A stretch of 64,000 bases of DNA from Gemmatimonadota bacterium (lineage in GTDB: Bacteria > Gemmatimonadota > Gemmatimonadetes > Gemmatimonadales > Gemmatimonadaceae), in NCBI GenBank assembly GCA_031372565.1, contig JANMLN010000201.1, forward strand, positions 1 through 64,000, read 5' to 3'. Each line of letters begins with the position of its first letter. The stretch's first letter is position 1. Below, piece after piece: positions 20,322 through 29,872 of this stretch. Made by a program: the position numbers and the translations under genes. The notes below the pieces were generated by a model. That model had not been told where the DNA came from. It searched no databases and saw nothing but the letters and a program-made list of their open reading frames with translations.

Positions 20322-20361
20322 GACAGACCGCCGCTGGAATCCCGAGGGACTCCAGCGGCGG
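20316..20361 (-). terminator. Probable intrinsic terminator after the cohesin/dockerin beta-helix gene
   Basis: CCGCCGCTGGA (20328-38) / TCCAGCGGCGG (20351-61) perfect 11-bp stem followed on the minus strand by TCTGTCTTT. Confidence 0.7.
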
Positions 20362-20403
20362 CCTCTCCGACACCGTGCGCGAGGGCGCGGTGCCTCCTGC
20401 GTA

Positions 20404-22752
20404 CTACGGGTTGCTGTACGTCGCGGTCCGCGTCCAGCCGGCGTACCAGGGCGCGTTGGTCTTGGACAGGTTCGCCGGTGCAACAGCCCCGAGGAAGGTG
20501 GCCGAGGCATCGAAGAACTCGGGACGCGTCAGGCTGAGCACCGTGCCCGTCGTGCCGCCCGGGTTGCCCGTCGACGTGATCGTCAGGTTGCGCGAGACCG
20601 GAACCGCCGCGTTCGACATCGAGAACGTGGCGAGCGGACGGAAGTCCGGGTTGTTGCGATCGAGCGCGCTGGAGATGCGGCCTGGCGCCGAAGCCGGAGC
20701 CGCGGCGAACGGGTTGCCGGCGGCAATCCGGACCGTGCCCGTGGTCGCGTTCGTGTCGAGCGGAAGCGCGTCACCGCAGGTCCCCGCAACGCTCGAGGGG
20801 TTCACGACCGCAGCGGGAGTATGCATGTCGACGATCGTGCTGTTGCGGAAGACGAACTTCTGTCCGCCCAGGTCCGTGCCGCAGGTTTCCGTCTGCTGCA
20901 CGAGAATCGCGCGCGGGCTGCTGTAGAGCAGGCCGTTGCGCAGCACGCCCTTGGCACCGCGGCGGTAGTGGATCGCGTCGTTGACGCTGTTGCCCGACAC
21001 CGGACCGGCGGCGTCCGTGGACAGGTCGCCCACAATCGTGAAGTTCCACACCTCGCCGTACATGCCCCACGGCGCCTGCACCGTGAACGGCGTGGCCGGG
21101 GTGTTGTCCACCTCGAAGCCCTTCTCGCCATCGGCGGGGTTCTGCGACACGAGCACGAACTGCGCGCGGCCGATCCACCCTTCCGAGTAGTCGAACGAGT
21201 CGTCGGAGTTGTCGGTGAGGTACAGGTAGCGGAGGTCGACCGAGCCACCGAAGATCTCGATGCCGTCGTCACGCCCACCGTGCGCCTGGATGTATTCCAT
21301 CGTGGTGCCACGGCCAACGCCCGACAACGTCAGGTTGTTGAGCTCGTTGTTGGCCGAGAGGTTGAAGCCGCCGAACTCGACGATCACGTAGCGCATCACG
21401 CCGCTATTGTCGTCCGGATTGCAGCCGCCGTACTCCGGGCCGCCGCCTTCGGCCTGCGCGGCCAGACAGCCGGCGAGGGTCCGGCCGGCGACCGCCGGAT
21501 TGTTGGCGATCAGGATGGAGGCCGAGTTGATCGGCGCGTTGCCTGCGACGGAGACGCCGCCCCAGCAGCCGGGCACCTTGGTGCCGGTGCAGGTGAAGAC
21601 GATCGGCTCGAGCGCGGTCCCGCTCGCATTGATCATGCCATCACGATCGATGAAGAGCGCCGAGATCGACGGGAACGCCGTGTTGCCTTCGATACGCGTC
21701 CCGGGCTGGATGGTCAGGGTCGCGCCACCGTTCACGCGCACGATGCCATCGAGCTGGTAGACCGTGTCCTTGGACAGCAGGCGATTCGTGTTGATCGAGC
21801 CGGAGAGCGTCACGCGGGCGCCAGCGCCCGGACGCGCGCCGCGGCCGGCAATCACGTCACCAACCACGGGCTGGTTACCGAACACCGCCTCGTTGATGAT
21901 GCCGAGGGCGTCCGACACGTTGATGATGCGGTCGCCATTGGCTTCGATGCCCGGGGCGAGCGGTCCGCCCACGTTGTACGGAACCGGGTTGCCCGCGATC
22001 ACGGCATCGCGCGACGGCGCGTCGGTGCCGATGATGATCTCGCCCAGTCCGACGGCGACGTTGATGATGTACACGGCGTCGGTGGTGTTGACCGCGCCGT
22101 CGAGGGTGGCGTCACCGTACTGGAGGTTCAGCCGGTACTCGCCGGGACGCAGCGCAATCGTGCCCTTCGTGCCGCGCGCCGCATCCATGCGGGCCGCCTC
22201 GGCCTTCCAGTCGGCGAGGTCCATCACGCGGGCGTCCGACGGGACGCTCATGGCATCGTCCACCATGATGCCGCCGTCCTCGGCGCGCGTGTACTGCGCG
22301 AGCGTGCGACGCGTCGCCGCGACTTCATGCTCGTAGCGGATGCTGCCGATGTACGCCGGAGCCAGCACTTCGAACACCATCTTGCCCGAGCGGGGACGGA
22401 GACCATCCGGATTGAGCTCGGCAATCCGCAGTTCGCCGCGGGCGGCGCCCTTGGCGTTCACGTACAGGATCGTGCCATTGTCCTGCGCCTGTCCGACGTA
22501 CCGGAGCTTGGCCGCATCAAAGCGAACCATGCCCTGCAGGCCGCCGATGTCCTCGGACGTGCCCTCGGTGCGCACGTCAACGGCGATCCGGCCGCCGGCC
22601 GTCTGGCCCGGTGACGAGATCGCAAGCTTGGTGCTGAGCAGCTGGGTGCGTGCGGCGAGCGGCCCGTCGTTCGGGCTGCAGGCGGCCAGCGCCAGCGTCG
22701 CGGCGACCGCACCCGACAGGGCGCGACGCGCGGGGTTCAACTGAATCATCAT
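20404..22752 (-). CDS. Surface lipoprotein: cohesin-like + dockerin-like + beta-helix domain of the type found beside TonB-dependent receptors
   Basis: Lipobox LAAC; IGGLQGMVRFDAAKLRY...GELRIA...MVFEV (cohesin-like); GDATLDGAVNTTDAV and EANGDRIINVSDAL (paired Ca-loop/helix motifs); LTIQPGT, PIVFT, DNSGVMRYVIVEFGG, DDGIEIFGG, C-terminal PWYAGWT. Confidence 0.8.
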   Translation of the reverse strand: MMIQLNPARRALSGAVAATLALAACSPNDGPLAARTQLLSTKLAISSPGQTAGGRIAVDVRTEGTSEDIGGLQGMVRFDAAKLRYVGQAQDNGTILYVNAKGAARGELRIAELNPDGLRPRSGKMVFEVLAPAYIGSIRYEHEVAATRRTLAQYTRAEDGGIMVDDAMSVPSDARVMDLADWKAEAARMDAARGTKGTIALRPGEYRLNLQYGDATLDGAVNTTDAVYIINVAVGLGEIIIGTDAPSRDAVIAGNPVPYNVGGPLAPGIEANGDRIINVSDALGIINEAVFGNQPVVGDVIAGRGARPGAGARVTLSGSINTNRLLSKDTVYQLDGIVRVNGGATLTIQPGTRIEGNTAFPSISALFIDRDGMINASGTALEPIVFTCTGTKVPGCWGGVSVAGNAPINSASILIANNPAVAGRTLAGCLAAQAEGGGPEYGGCNPDDNSGVMRYVIVEFGGFNLSANNELNNLTLSGVGRGTTMEYIQAHGGRDDGIEIFGGSVDLRYLYLTDNSDDSFDYSEGWIGRAQFVLVSQNPADGEKGFEVDNTPATPFTVQAPWGMYGEVWNFTIVGDLSTDAAGPVSGNSVNDAIHYRRGAKGVLRNGLLYSSPRAILVQQTETCGTDLGGQKFVFRNSTIVDMHTPAAVVNPSSVAGTCGDALPLDTNATTGTVRIAAGNPFAAAPASAPGRISSALDRNNPDFRPLATFSMSNAAVPVSRNLTITSTGNPGGTTGTVLSLTRPEFFDASATFLGAVAPANLSKTNAPWYAGWTRTATYSNP

Positions 22753-22833
22753 GGACGGAGAGTCTCGAGTGTGTGAGGGTGACCGGCCAGCGGAACGCGA
22801 GGTTCCACTGGCCGGTCGAGGTGTTCGGTTGGT

Positions 22834-24612
22834 TTACGGGAGCGGGACGTCGGTGACGTCGATCCGCGGCACGAGGTTCAGGAGCGCCGGGGCCGGACCC
22901 GAGGCCTGGTTCATCGTCGAGATCTGCGTCACCGTGCCGGCCGCGATGCGGCGGAACTTGAGGCGGAACAGGCCGACGTTGCCCGTGGTGGTGGCACCGG
23001 CGAGGCTGAACACCGCGATGCGAACGATGCTCGGCGTGAGCGCCGGATTGTACGTGCGGCTGTCCAGGTCGGCGTTGATCGACGAGGAGGCGACGCCGCC
23101 CGTGACGGCCACGAGGCGCGCGTTGTCGTACTGCACGTCAACGGTGATCGCGGAGAGCTGATCCGCGCTCATGTTGATGCGACCCTCGTAGATGACCGTG
23201 TCGACCAAACCGGCGATCCACTGACCGGTGTAGGCGTAACGCGTCGGCGGGGTGACGCAGGTGAGGGTGATGGCCGGAATCGCGGCCGTTCCACCGACGG
23301 TCAGGCCCGAGTACGTGAACAGGCCAGCGCCCAGCGCCGGCGCAGTGCAGTTGGCCGGAACGCCCGTGAAGCCCGTGATGCGACCAGCCGAGCCCGAGAG
23401 GGTCGGGATGGTGGCCGAGAAGGCACCGGTGGCACCGGTCAGCGCGGCCGGCTGGGCGGCGCCGCCGTTCGGGGTGATGATCACGCCAATGCCGGGCAGG
23501 TTGAAGCCCGCGCCACGCGAGTCGAGAATGGAGCCAGTGACCGTGCCGGTCGGCACGGTGCAGCCGGCGAGCGGGAAGTTGGCGGTCGAGGTCGCGCCGA
23601 TCGAGACAACGACGCCCACGGACGTGGCCGAGCAGCCAGCCGGGAGACCAGCGGTCACCGTCGCGGTGCGCGAGCCGACGACCACGCTGTCGATCTGGTA
23701 GGCGCCAGCCGCATCCGAGATCGCCGAGCGCGAGCCCACCGAGACCGTCACGCCGGCCACAGGGCCGCCGAGCGCGGCCGAGGACACCGTGCCGCCGACC
23801 GAGCCGTACGCGATCACGGCCGAGCGGAGGTCGGCGACGAGCAGGGCACGGATGCGGAAGCGGCTGACGGTCGGGTCGACCGTGAAGCCGACGGTGCGGC
23901 TGGTCGTCGTGCCGGCCGCAGGGATCGTCGGGTACGGCTCCGAGCGGTAGCAGTCCGTCGGGGCGCCGGTCGGCACGGTCGCATTGCAGTCCGTGTCATT
24001 GAAGAAGCTGTGCGGCGCGTTGTCCCAATCGCCATTCGGTGCGATGGCGCCGAAGGACGGCGTCTCGACGATGATCTCGGTGCCGTCGCCCGACGTGCTG
24101 GAGCCACCGGTGGTTGTGGTGGTGACCGACGAGAACGGGAAGAGCAGCGGACCGGTGGCGCCGGCGGGCGGCGTGGGCCACGTCGGCGTGATGAGCTCAA
24201 CACCCGTCAAGCGGTTCGTGATCGACACCTGGAACGACACACAGACCTTGGTGGCGGCACAGCCGACGGTGGTCGAGGTCAGGCCGCTCGTGGTCAGTTC
24301 GACCACATCGCCGGCCAGGATCGAGGTGTTGGGCGTGCCGTCGAGCGAGATGCCACCATTGCCATCGAGGCGGGCGCTGATCGCGCCGCCGTTCGGGGCG
24401 GTGATCTTCACCCGGCCACTGTTGCGGTCAACGTCAAACACGAAGGCGGCACCACGAATCTGTGGCGTCAGGGCCGGGTCGGACGGCAGGACCGGCGCGA
24501 GCTTGGTCGACTGGTCCGCGCTGCACGCGGCCATGCCGACCGTCGTCGCAGCGAGCAGGACCGTCGACAGCGTCCGAGACGGACGAGCAACGAAACGGGA
24601 GAGAAAGGACAT
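22834..24612 (-). CDS. Surface lipoprotein with two carboxypeptidase-regulatory-like Ig modules and a C-terminal cohesin-like domain
   Basis: Lipobox MAAC; GSVGGTV...PVAGVTV...SDAAGAYQI; LSAITVDVQYDNARL...VRIAVFS...GNVGLFRLKFR. Confidence 0.75.
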   Translation of the reverse strand: MSFLSRFVARPSRTLSTVLLAATTVGMAACSADQSTKLAPVLPSDPALTPQIRGAAFVFDVDRNSGRVKITAPNGGAISARLDGNGGISLDGTPNTSILAGDVVELTTSGLTSTTVGCAATKVCVSFQVSITNRLTGVELITPTWPTPPAGATGPLLFPFSSVTTTTTGGSSTSGDGTEIIVETPSFGAIAPNGDWDNAPHSFFNDTDCNATVPTGAPTDCYRSEPYPTIPAAGTTTSRTVGFTVDPTVSRFRIRALLVADLRSAVIAYGSVGGTVSSAALGGPVAGVTVSVGSRSAISDAAGAYQIDSVVVGSRTATVTAGLPAGCSATSVGVVVSIGATSTANFPLAGCTVPTGTVTGSILDSRGAGFNLPGIGVIITPNGGAAQPAALTGATGAFSATIPTLSGSAGRITGFTGVPANCTAPALGAGLFTYSGLTVGGTAAIPAITLTCVTPPTRYAYTGQWIAGLVDTVIYEGRINMSADQLSAITVDVQYDNARLVAVTGGVASSSINADLDSRTYNPALTPSIVRIAVFSLAGATTTGNVGLFRLKFRRIAAGTVTQISTMNQASGPAPALLNLVPRIDVTDVPLP

Positions 24613-24749
24613 GCAGGGCCTCCAAAGGGGTAGGCCACGCGCGGAATCGCACGCGGCAGATCAAGCGCCCTATGATCGGCTTTCCATGTCCTGAGTCAGC
24701 GAGCGACGTGTATGGGAACCGTCTGCCTTGTGTGACGGTAACGACGCCG

Positions 24750-24766
24750 TGTCACGAACCGTGACA
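24750..24766. promoter_or_regulatory. Inverted repeat, candidate operator
   Basis: TGTCACG-AAC-CGTGACA perfect 7-bp arms in the intergenic gap upstream of 22834-24612, flanked by further GTGAC/GTAAC half-sites. Confidence 0.4.
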
Positions 24767-24780
24767 TTCACCTCGCGCGT

Positions 24781-27087
24781 CTACGGCAGCGTGAACGTCC
24801 CTTCCTGCACACGAATGCGGGACAGGTAGCTCGCGCCGCCCACCGAGGTCGCGGCCCGCACGTTGGAGACCGTGGTTCTCGTCGTGGTCGTGCTGCCTGA
24901 CGCACCGACGGGTCGGAACCGGATGCGGGCCAGCGTGATCGACCCGACGTTGTTCGGCGAACCCGCCGTCGCCCGAATGCTCAACAGCCCCCGGTTGATG
25001 TCGCTTCCCGAAATGTCGGCATTGGTCGACCACTGCCCGAAGTTGAAGGAGACGAACTCCAGCACCGCCGGGTCCCACTGCAGACTCGAGATCACCCAGT
25101 CGCCCAGCACGGACGTATCGGGCGTGGCGCGCGGCAGTTCCATGCTGATGAGCAACGTCACGAAGCCGCCACCGTCCACGCCAGAGAACCCGTGCGTGAT
25201 CTGGAAGGCCGCGCCCGTCCCGCCGCTTCCACCAGTGCCGCTCCCACTCCCACTCCCACTCCCACCGCTTCCTGACCCGCCGGTACCCCCGCTGCCTGGC
25301 GTGCTCACGATCACGATCGACGTCGCCGAGGCGCTCGAGCCGCTCTGCGACACGGTGAGTCTGACGGTGTAGGTGCCCGCCGCCGCGTAGCTCTTCGATG
25401 GGGCGAACCCACTCCCGGTCGTGCCGTCGCCAAACTCCCATGCGTAGCTCGCACCCGCAGTGCTGCCGGCGGCCGAGAAGCTGACCGGCGATCCGACGGT
25501 CGCCGCGTACGGGCCGTTCGCCACCGCCGTCAGTGCGACGCTTCCCGTGCCCGATCCACCGGTACCCGAGCCACCCGTGCCAGTGCCTCCGGTGCCCGTG
25601 CCGCCCGTACCGCCCGTGCCTGTGCCGCCTGTCCCACCACCCGACGACGGTGCGGCAATCACCTTGAACACCGACTCGACCGAGCCGATCGTCGCGGTGT
25701 CCGTGGCGACACCGGCCGAGTCGACAAACAGCACCACCTTCGTCTCGGTCTCGGTGTTCGCGCCGATCGCGGCCCCCGCTGGCACGGTGAACCGAAGCGT
25801 CCCGAGCGACACGGTTCCACCGCGCAGCGTCCCTTCGCTCGGATCGGCCACCCCCGCCAAGAGCACCAGCCCAGAGGCCAGCCCCCCGTTCGCGCTCGCG
25901 AGCAGCTGCCCCCGCACGTACCGCACATACGTCAGCACGGCCGGGTTGTAACGCACCTGCACTTCAATCGCACCGACACTTCGGGTTGGGACGCGGGTGA
26001 GGTCGAGCGAGAGGGCGAGGTCGACCGTGGTCGTGCCCGTGGCCGTGTCGGGCGAGAAGGTGCTGCGCACGACAACCGGTCGCCCCGCCGTCGTGCTCGT
26101 GCGTGTGCAGGCGGCGGCGAACCGCACCGTGTCCTGGCTCAAGGCGGCGACCGTCACGGTGGCTGCGCGCGTGGCCGCGGTGCAGTTGGACGCGATGTCC
26201 TCGAACGCCACCGTGTACGTGCCCGGGAGCAGACGGTCGAACAGGACAGTCCCCGCGACACCGGCGCGCGCCGACACGGTCCGCGAGATGATCACCGCCG
26301 TGTCCGGTGCCCCGGTGCGGCGCACAACACCGGAGAGCACGAGGCGGAAGCTCGTGTCCACGCTGGCTCCCGTCGGCGTTGCCATCACGACAACGCGGCC
26401 CCGGCCGGGATCGCGACAGCTGAGTTCGAACCGGACATTCGTGATCGTGGCGATCACGTCATCGCGGACCCGCACCCTGGCGATGCTGTCGGGCACGCTG
26501 CACCACGACGGTACGCCCTGCACCACGACGCGGTACGCGCCATTGGGCAGCGGCGAGATGCGGCGTTGACCGTCGTTCGGGAGCACCACGCTGGCGCGCA
26601 CGCTGTCCGTCGCGCTGTCCTTGACGACCAGCGTGTACGTCGCCGGCGCCTGCGCTTCTGCGACGGTGTTCATGCTGAGCTGGATGCCCGGCGCGGGTGG
26701 CATGCGCACGCCCCACGCCGTGGATGGCGCGGAGCGAATGCTGAGTTGGTCGACGCTGACGACGCGGTATCCGTAGTAGTGGTCGGCCGAGACCGACTCA
26801 TCGAGGAAGACCACGGAGTCTCCGGTGCCGGCCACGAGCTGCTCGATGATCGGCTGGAACTCGCCCTGCAGGTCGACGCGACGCAGCAGCGTGTAGCTCG
26901 CGGCACCAGTCACGCGTGGCCAGGTGACCCGCACCATCCGGATGCTCAGCGCCTCTGCGCGCAGACCGTCAGTCGGAGGCAGGCCGCTCGGGCCAGTGGA
27001 CGGATCGCCCTGACAGGCGACGAGCGCCGCCAGTCCGGCGACCTGCATCGCGCGTCGGCACATCCGACGCCAGGCGTCAGAAGTCAT
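24781..27087 (-). CDS. Scaffoldin-like lipoprotein: FN3-like, Ig modules, cohesin-like, Gly/Thr linker, PKD, Gly/Ser linker, second cohesin-like
   Basis: Lipobox LVAC; VRVTW...YTLLR...YGYRV (FN3); VGAIEVQVRYNPAVLTY...VSLGTLRFTV; SYAWEFGDG...YTVRLTV (PKD); LQWDPAVLEF...ITLARIRFR. Confidence 0.8.
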   Translation of the reverse strand: MTSDAWRRMCRRAMQVAGLAALVACQGDPSTGPSGLPPTDGLRAEALSIRMVRVTWPRVTGAASYTLLRRVDLQGEFQPIIEQLVAGTGDSVVFLDESVSADHYYGYRVVSVDQLSIRSAPSTAWGVRMPPAPGIQLSMNTVAEAQAPATYTLVVKDSATDSVRASVVLPNDGQRRISPLPNGAYRVVVQGVPSWCSVPDSIARVRVRDDVIATITNVRFELSCRDPGRGRVVVMATPTGASVDTSFRLVLSGVVRRTGAPDTAVIISRTVSARAGVAGTVLFDRLLPGTYTVAFEDIASNCTAATRAATVTVAALSQDTVRFAAACTRTSTTAGRPVVVRSTFSPDTATGTTTVDLALSLDLTRVPTRSVGAIEVQVRYNPAVLTYVRYVRGQLLASANGGLASGLVLLAGVADPSEGTLRGGTVSLGTLRFTVPAGAAIGANTETETKVVLFVDSAGVATDTATIGSVESVFKVIAAPSSGGGTGGTGTGGTGGTGTGGTGTGGSGTGGSGTGSVALTAVANGPYAATVGSPVSFSAAGSTAGASYAWEFGDGTTGSGFAPSKSYAAAGTYTVRLTVSQSGSSASATSIVIVSTPGSGGTGGSGSGGSGSGSGSGTGGSGGTGAAFQITHGFSGVDGGGFVTLLISMELPRATPDTSVLGDWVISSLQWDPAVLEFVSFNFGQWSTNADISGSDINRGLLSIRATAGSPNNVGSITLARIRFRPVGASGSTTTTRTTVSNVRAATSVGGASYLSRIRVQEGTFTLP
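25215..25650 (-). repeat. Two low-complexity Gly/Thr/Ser linkers flanking the PKD domain
   Basis: GGGTGGTGTGGTGGTGTGGTGTGGSGTGGSGTGS and GSGGTGGSGSGGSGSGSGSGTGGSGGTG; CTCCCA tandem repeats near 25241-25264. Confidence 0.85.
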
Positions 27088-29872
27088 ATCCCATGCCCAT
27101 CGAGAAGTTGATGCCTTGGGGGATGCGCCCCGACTCGCTGACGCCACGGTTCACTTCCTGGTAGAACACCACGGGGACGTTCATGAGGTTGCGCGCACCG
27201 AGCGTCCAGTTCATGCGATTGAACCGGCGCGACAGTTTCGCGTCCAGCGAGAACCGCCCCCGTTCGTAGAGGTTGGGGGCCTGGTCCGTGCTGAGGCGAC
27301 TCGCCTGCCCGTAGCGCACGATGCGATCGCCGAACCAGTTGCCGAGCACCGTCGCCGAGAAGGTGCGCTGCGCCGACTCGTATCCGAGGCTGGCATTGAC
27401 GAGCCACGGGGATTGACCGGCGAGCTCAAGATCCGCGGGGTAGAGTCCCAGGTCGGATGGCATCCAGACCTTCGACTTCACGACCGTCACGTTGAGCGAC
27501 GCGTTCAGTCGCTTGAAGCCACCCGGAAGAAAGGTCAGGGTGCGGCGCGCCTCGAACTCGAGGCCGGTGTTGATCGCCAACCGGGCGTTGGCGAATGACT
27601 GGTTGCATCCGCTCGCGCCATTGAACGTCGTCTCGACGATGGGACTGTCGAAGGTCTTGAAGAAGGCGGACACCGACAGGATCTCGCCGGCCGCCGGATA
27701 CTTCTCCCATCGCAGGTCGTAGCTGTCGGCGCGCGCCCGGCGCAGCGTGGGCTGCCCGACCTGGTCGCACTCTCCCAGGACCGGCGAGTAGAAGTCCGGG
27801 GAGATCTCACGGGGATCGGGCCGCGACACGGACGAGAACCAGGCCGCCCGCAGATTCGAGGTCTCATCGAGCTTGATGGTGAGATTCATCGATCCGAGCA
27901 GGTCGGACTTCGCCTTGTTGATGCCCTGGACCGTGGGCAGCAGCGGGTCGAGGGTCAGGTTGGCCAACCATGACTCGTAGCGCGCACCCGCCAGGACACG
28001 CAGGCGTGACCCCAGCGGAATGTCCAGGAGGCCGTACACTGCCTTCACCTTCTCGAAGGCGACATACTGACCCGTGCGCCCGATGATCCGGTCGAGCTTG
28101 AGCACCGGCCCCATCAGCTCTGGCGCAAAGAGCCGGTCCGGTGTAAGCGTGAGCTGCGTCGCGCGCACCCCGGTGTCGGCGGTGCGATAGTAGAACAGGT
28201 ACGAATCGAACTGCCGCGTCCGTTCCCGGTAGAGGCCACCCAGCTTGAGCTGAGCGGCAAGGAACTTGCCCCAGCGCAACGGGACGCTCCAGTCGCTCCC
28301 GAACGAGGCCATGCGATCTTCGAGCGTGCGGGCCTGCAGGTTCGGCAGCAGCACGGTGTTCAGTCCGTAGCTGCCGTCAGCCGGATTCAATCCATACGGC
28401 GCCTGTCGCGTATCCGGCTCGCCGCGCCGTGCCCGCGCCAGCGTGCCCCGCCACTCGAGACGCGAATCGAACAACCATCCGAGGAGATGATCCCCCGACA
28501 GCTGGGATTGCCACAGATCCCGCAACACGTATCGCGTCTGATAGCCGCGGATCGGCGACGGGCTCTTCTCGAGATCCACCCCGTTCGTCACCAGCAGGTA
28601 GTTCTCGGTGCTGCGCGTGTAGGTGTTCTTGAACCCGATCTTCTGCGTGGGACGGAGGCGGTAGCTGATGTTCGCAATCGCGCCGAGATCGACCGTCGTC
28701 TGTGCGTCCGTACCCGAGAAGGAACGCGTCGGCGCCTCCGTGGTCGACGGATTGAAGACGAACAACCGGTCCGGGGTCAGCGAGCGCTGCAGGTTGTACG
28801 TGCCGGCGACGATCACGCCGAGCGGACCACCGAACAGGGTGGTCTGGTCGCCCACGCTGAGCGACGCCTTGAGATCGGGACCCACCATCTCCGTTGGGGG
28901 GACCCACTTGGCATTCACCGCCTGCGCGAAACGGTCCGGCGCGAGCCCAGTTCCCGGCAACGGACTCGGCAACTCGCGATCGGCGCCGCCGAAGCCGAAG
29001 TATCCTGCCCCTCGCTCCTGCGGGATCGCATGCGTGCCGCCCGTCGCCAACGAGTTGCCGCCGACGCCAAGGCTCATCTGGATGACACGCTCTTCCGGAA
29101 ACTCCTTGGTCTTGATCTCGACCGATCCACCCGTGAAGTCTCCGGGCTTGTCGGGCGTGCCGGTCTTGCTCGTGACGATGGACTCGAGCAGACTCGCCGG
29201 GAAAATGTCGAGCGGCACGATCTTGCGTGTCGGCTCGGGACTCGGCAGTTCAGCGCCGTTGAGGAGGGTGTTGCTGTACCGCTCGGCCAGACCGCGCACG
29301 ACGGTGAAACGGCCACCGATGACGGACACGCCCGGCACGCGCGTGATCGCGTCGGCCGCGTTCGAGGACGGAGACTTGGCCATCGCCTCCGCGCTGATGC
29401 CGTCGGAGACGGACGCCGCATTCTTCTGCACGGCCAGCAGGCTCGCATCATTGCGCGTCTGCTTCGGAGCCTCCGCCGTCACGACGGTCGCGGCCAGCTG
29501 CGACGCCGCGGCCGTGAGCGCGAAGTTCGCGATCGCCGTCCGCCCGGGCGCGACCACGATCGAATCCTGTCGCGCCGGGCGGAACCCGATCAATCGCACC
29601 GTCACGCGATGCCGGCCCGCTCGCACGTTCGCGAGAATGAACCGCCCGTCAAGATCGGTGGCGGCGCCGACGCGGCCGGAGTCGAGCACCACTTGCGCGT
29701 AGGACAGCGGCCGGCCGGTCTCCTGATCGATCACGCGACCCGCAATCTTGCCGGCGCCCGACCCTCCGCTGTCTGCGCGAGCAGGCGCGACGGTCGGCAC
29801 TTGTGCCTGCGCCCCGGTGGTCGCCACGCCCACGATGAACGCGAACAGCGCCGTGCCGATGCATCCGCGCAT
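27077..29872 (-). CDS. TonB-dependent outer-membrane receptor with N-terminal carboxypeptidase-regulatory-like extension
   Basis: Signal peptide, GKIAGRVID..TGRPL, plug AADAITRVPGVSV...VRGLAERYSNTLLNG...GDFTGGSVEIKT, beta-barrel, terminal Phe. Confidence 0.93.
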   Translation of the reverse strand: MRGCIGTALFAFIVGVATTGAQAQVPTVAPARADSGGSGAGKIAGRVIDQETGRPLSYAQVVLDSGRVGAATDLDGRFILANVRAGRHRVTVRLIGFRPARQDSIVVAPGRTAIANFALTAAASQLAATVVTAEAPKQTRNDASLLAVQKNAASVSDGISAEAMAKSPSSNAADAITRVPGVSVIGGRFTVVRGLAERYSNTLLNGAELPSPEPTRKIVPLDIFPASLLESIVTSKTGTPDKPGDFTGGSVEIKTKEFPEERVIQMSLGVGGNSLATGGTHAIPQERGAGYFGFGGADRELPSPLPGTGLAPDRFAQAVNAKWVPPTEMVGPDLKASLSVGDQTTLFGGPLGVIVAGTYNLQRSLTPDRLFVFNPSTTEAPTRSFSGTDAQTTVDLGAIANISYRLRPTQKIGFKNTYTRSTENYLLVTNGVDLEKSPSPIRGYQTRYVLRDLWQSQLSGDHLLGWLFDSRLEWRGTLARARRGEPDTRQAPYGLNPADGSYGLNTVLLPNLQARTLEDRMASFGSDWSVPLRWGKFLAAQLKLGGLYRERTRQFDSYLFYYRTADTGVRATQLTLTPDRLFAPELMGPVLKLDRIIGRTGQYVAFEKVKAVYGLLDIPLGSRLRVLAGARYESWLANLTLDPLLPTVQGINKAKSDLLGSMNLTIKLDETSNLRAAWFSSVSRPDPREISPDFYSPVLGECDQVGQPTLRRARADSYDLRWEKYPAAGEILSVSAFFKTFDSPIVETTFNGASGCNQSFANARLAINTGLEFEARRTLTFLPGGFKRLNASLNVTVVKSKVWMPSDLGLYPADLELAGQSPWLVNASLGYESAQRTFSATVLGNWFGDRIVRYGQASRLSTDQAPNLYERGRFSLDAKLSRRFNRMNWTLGARNLMNVPVVFYQEVNRGVSESGRIPQGINFSMGMGYDF

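Noticed and set aside
20302..22614. Long plus-strand ORF (770 aa) and similar antisense/alternate-frame ORFs such as 304-1884, 28487-30031, 45004-46611, 49166-51085, 57488-59326
   Set aside because: Arg/Ala/Gly-rich shadows of real genes caused by high-GC codon bias; no motifs.
25215..25650. CRISPR-like or non-coding tandem repeat
   Set aside because: Short degenerate repeats encode in-frame Gly/Thr/Ser linkers; no repeat-spacer structure or cas genes.
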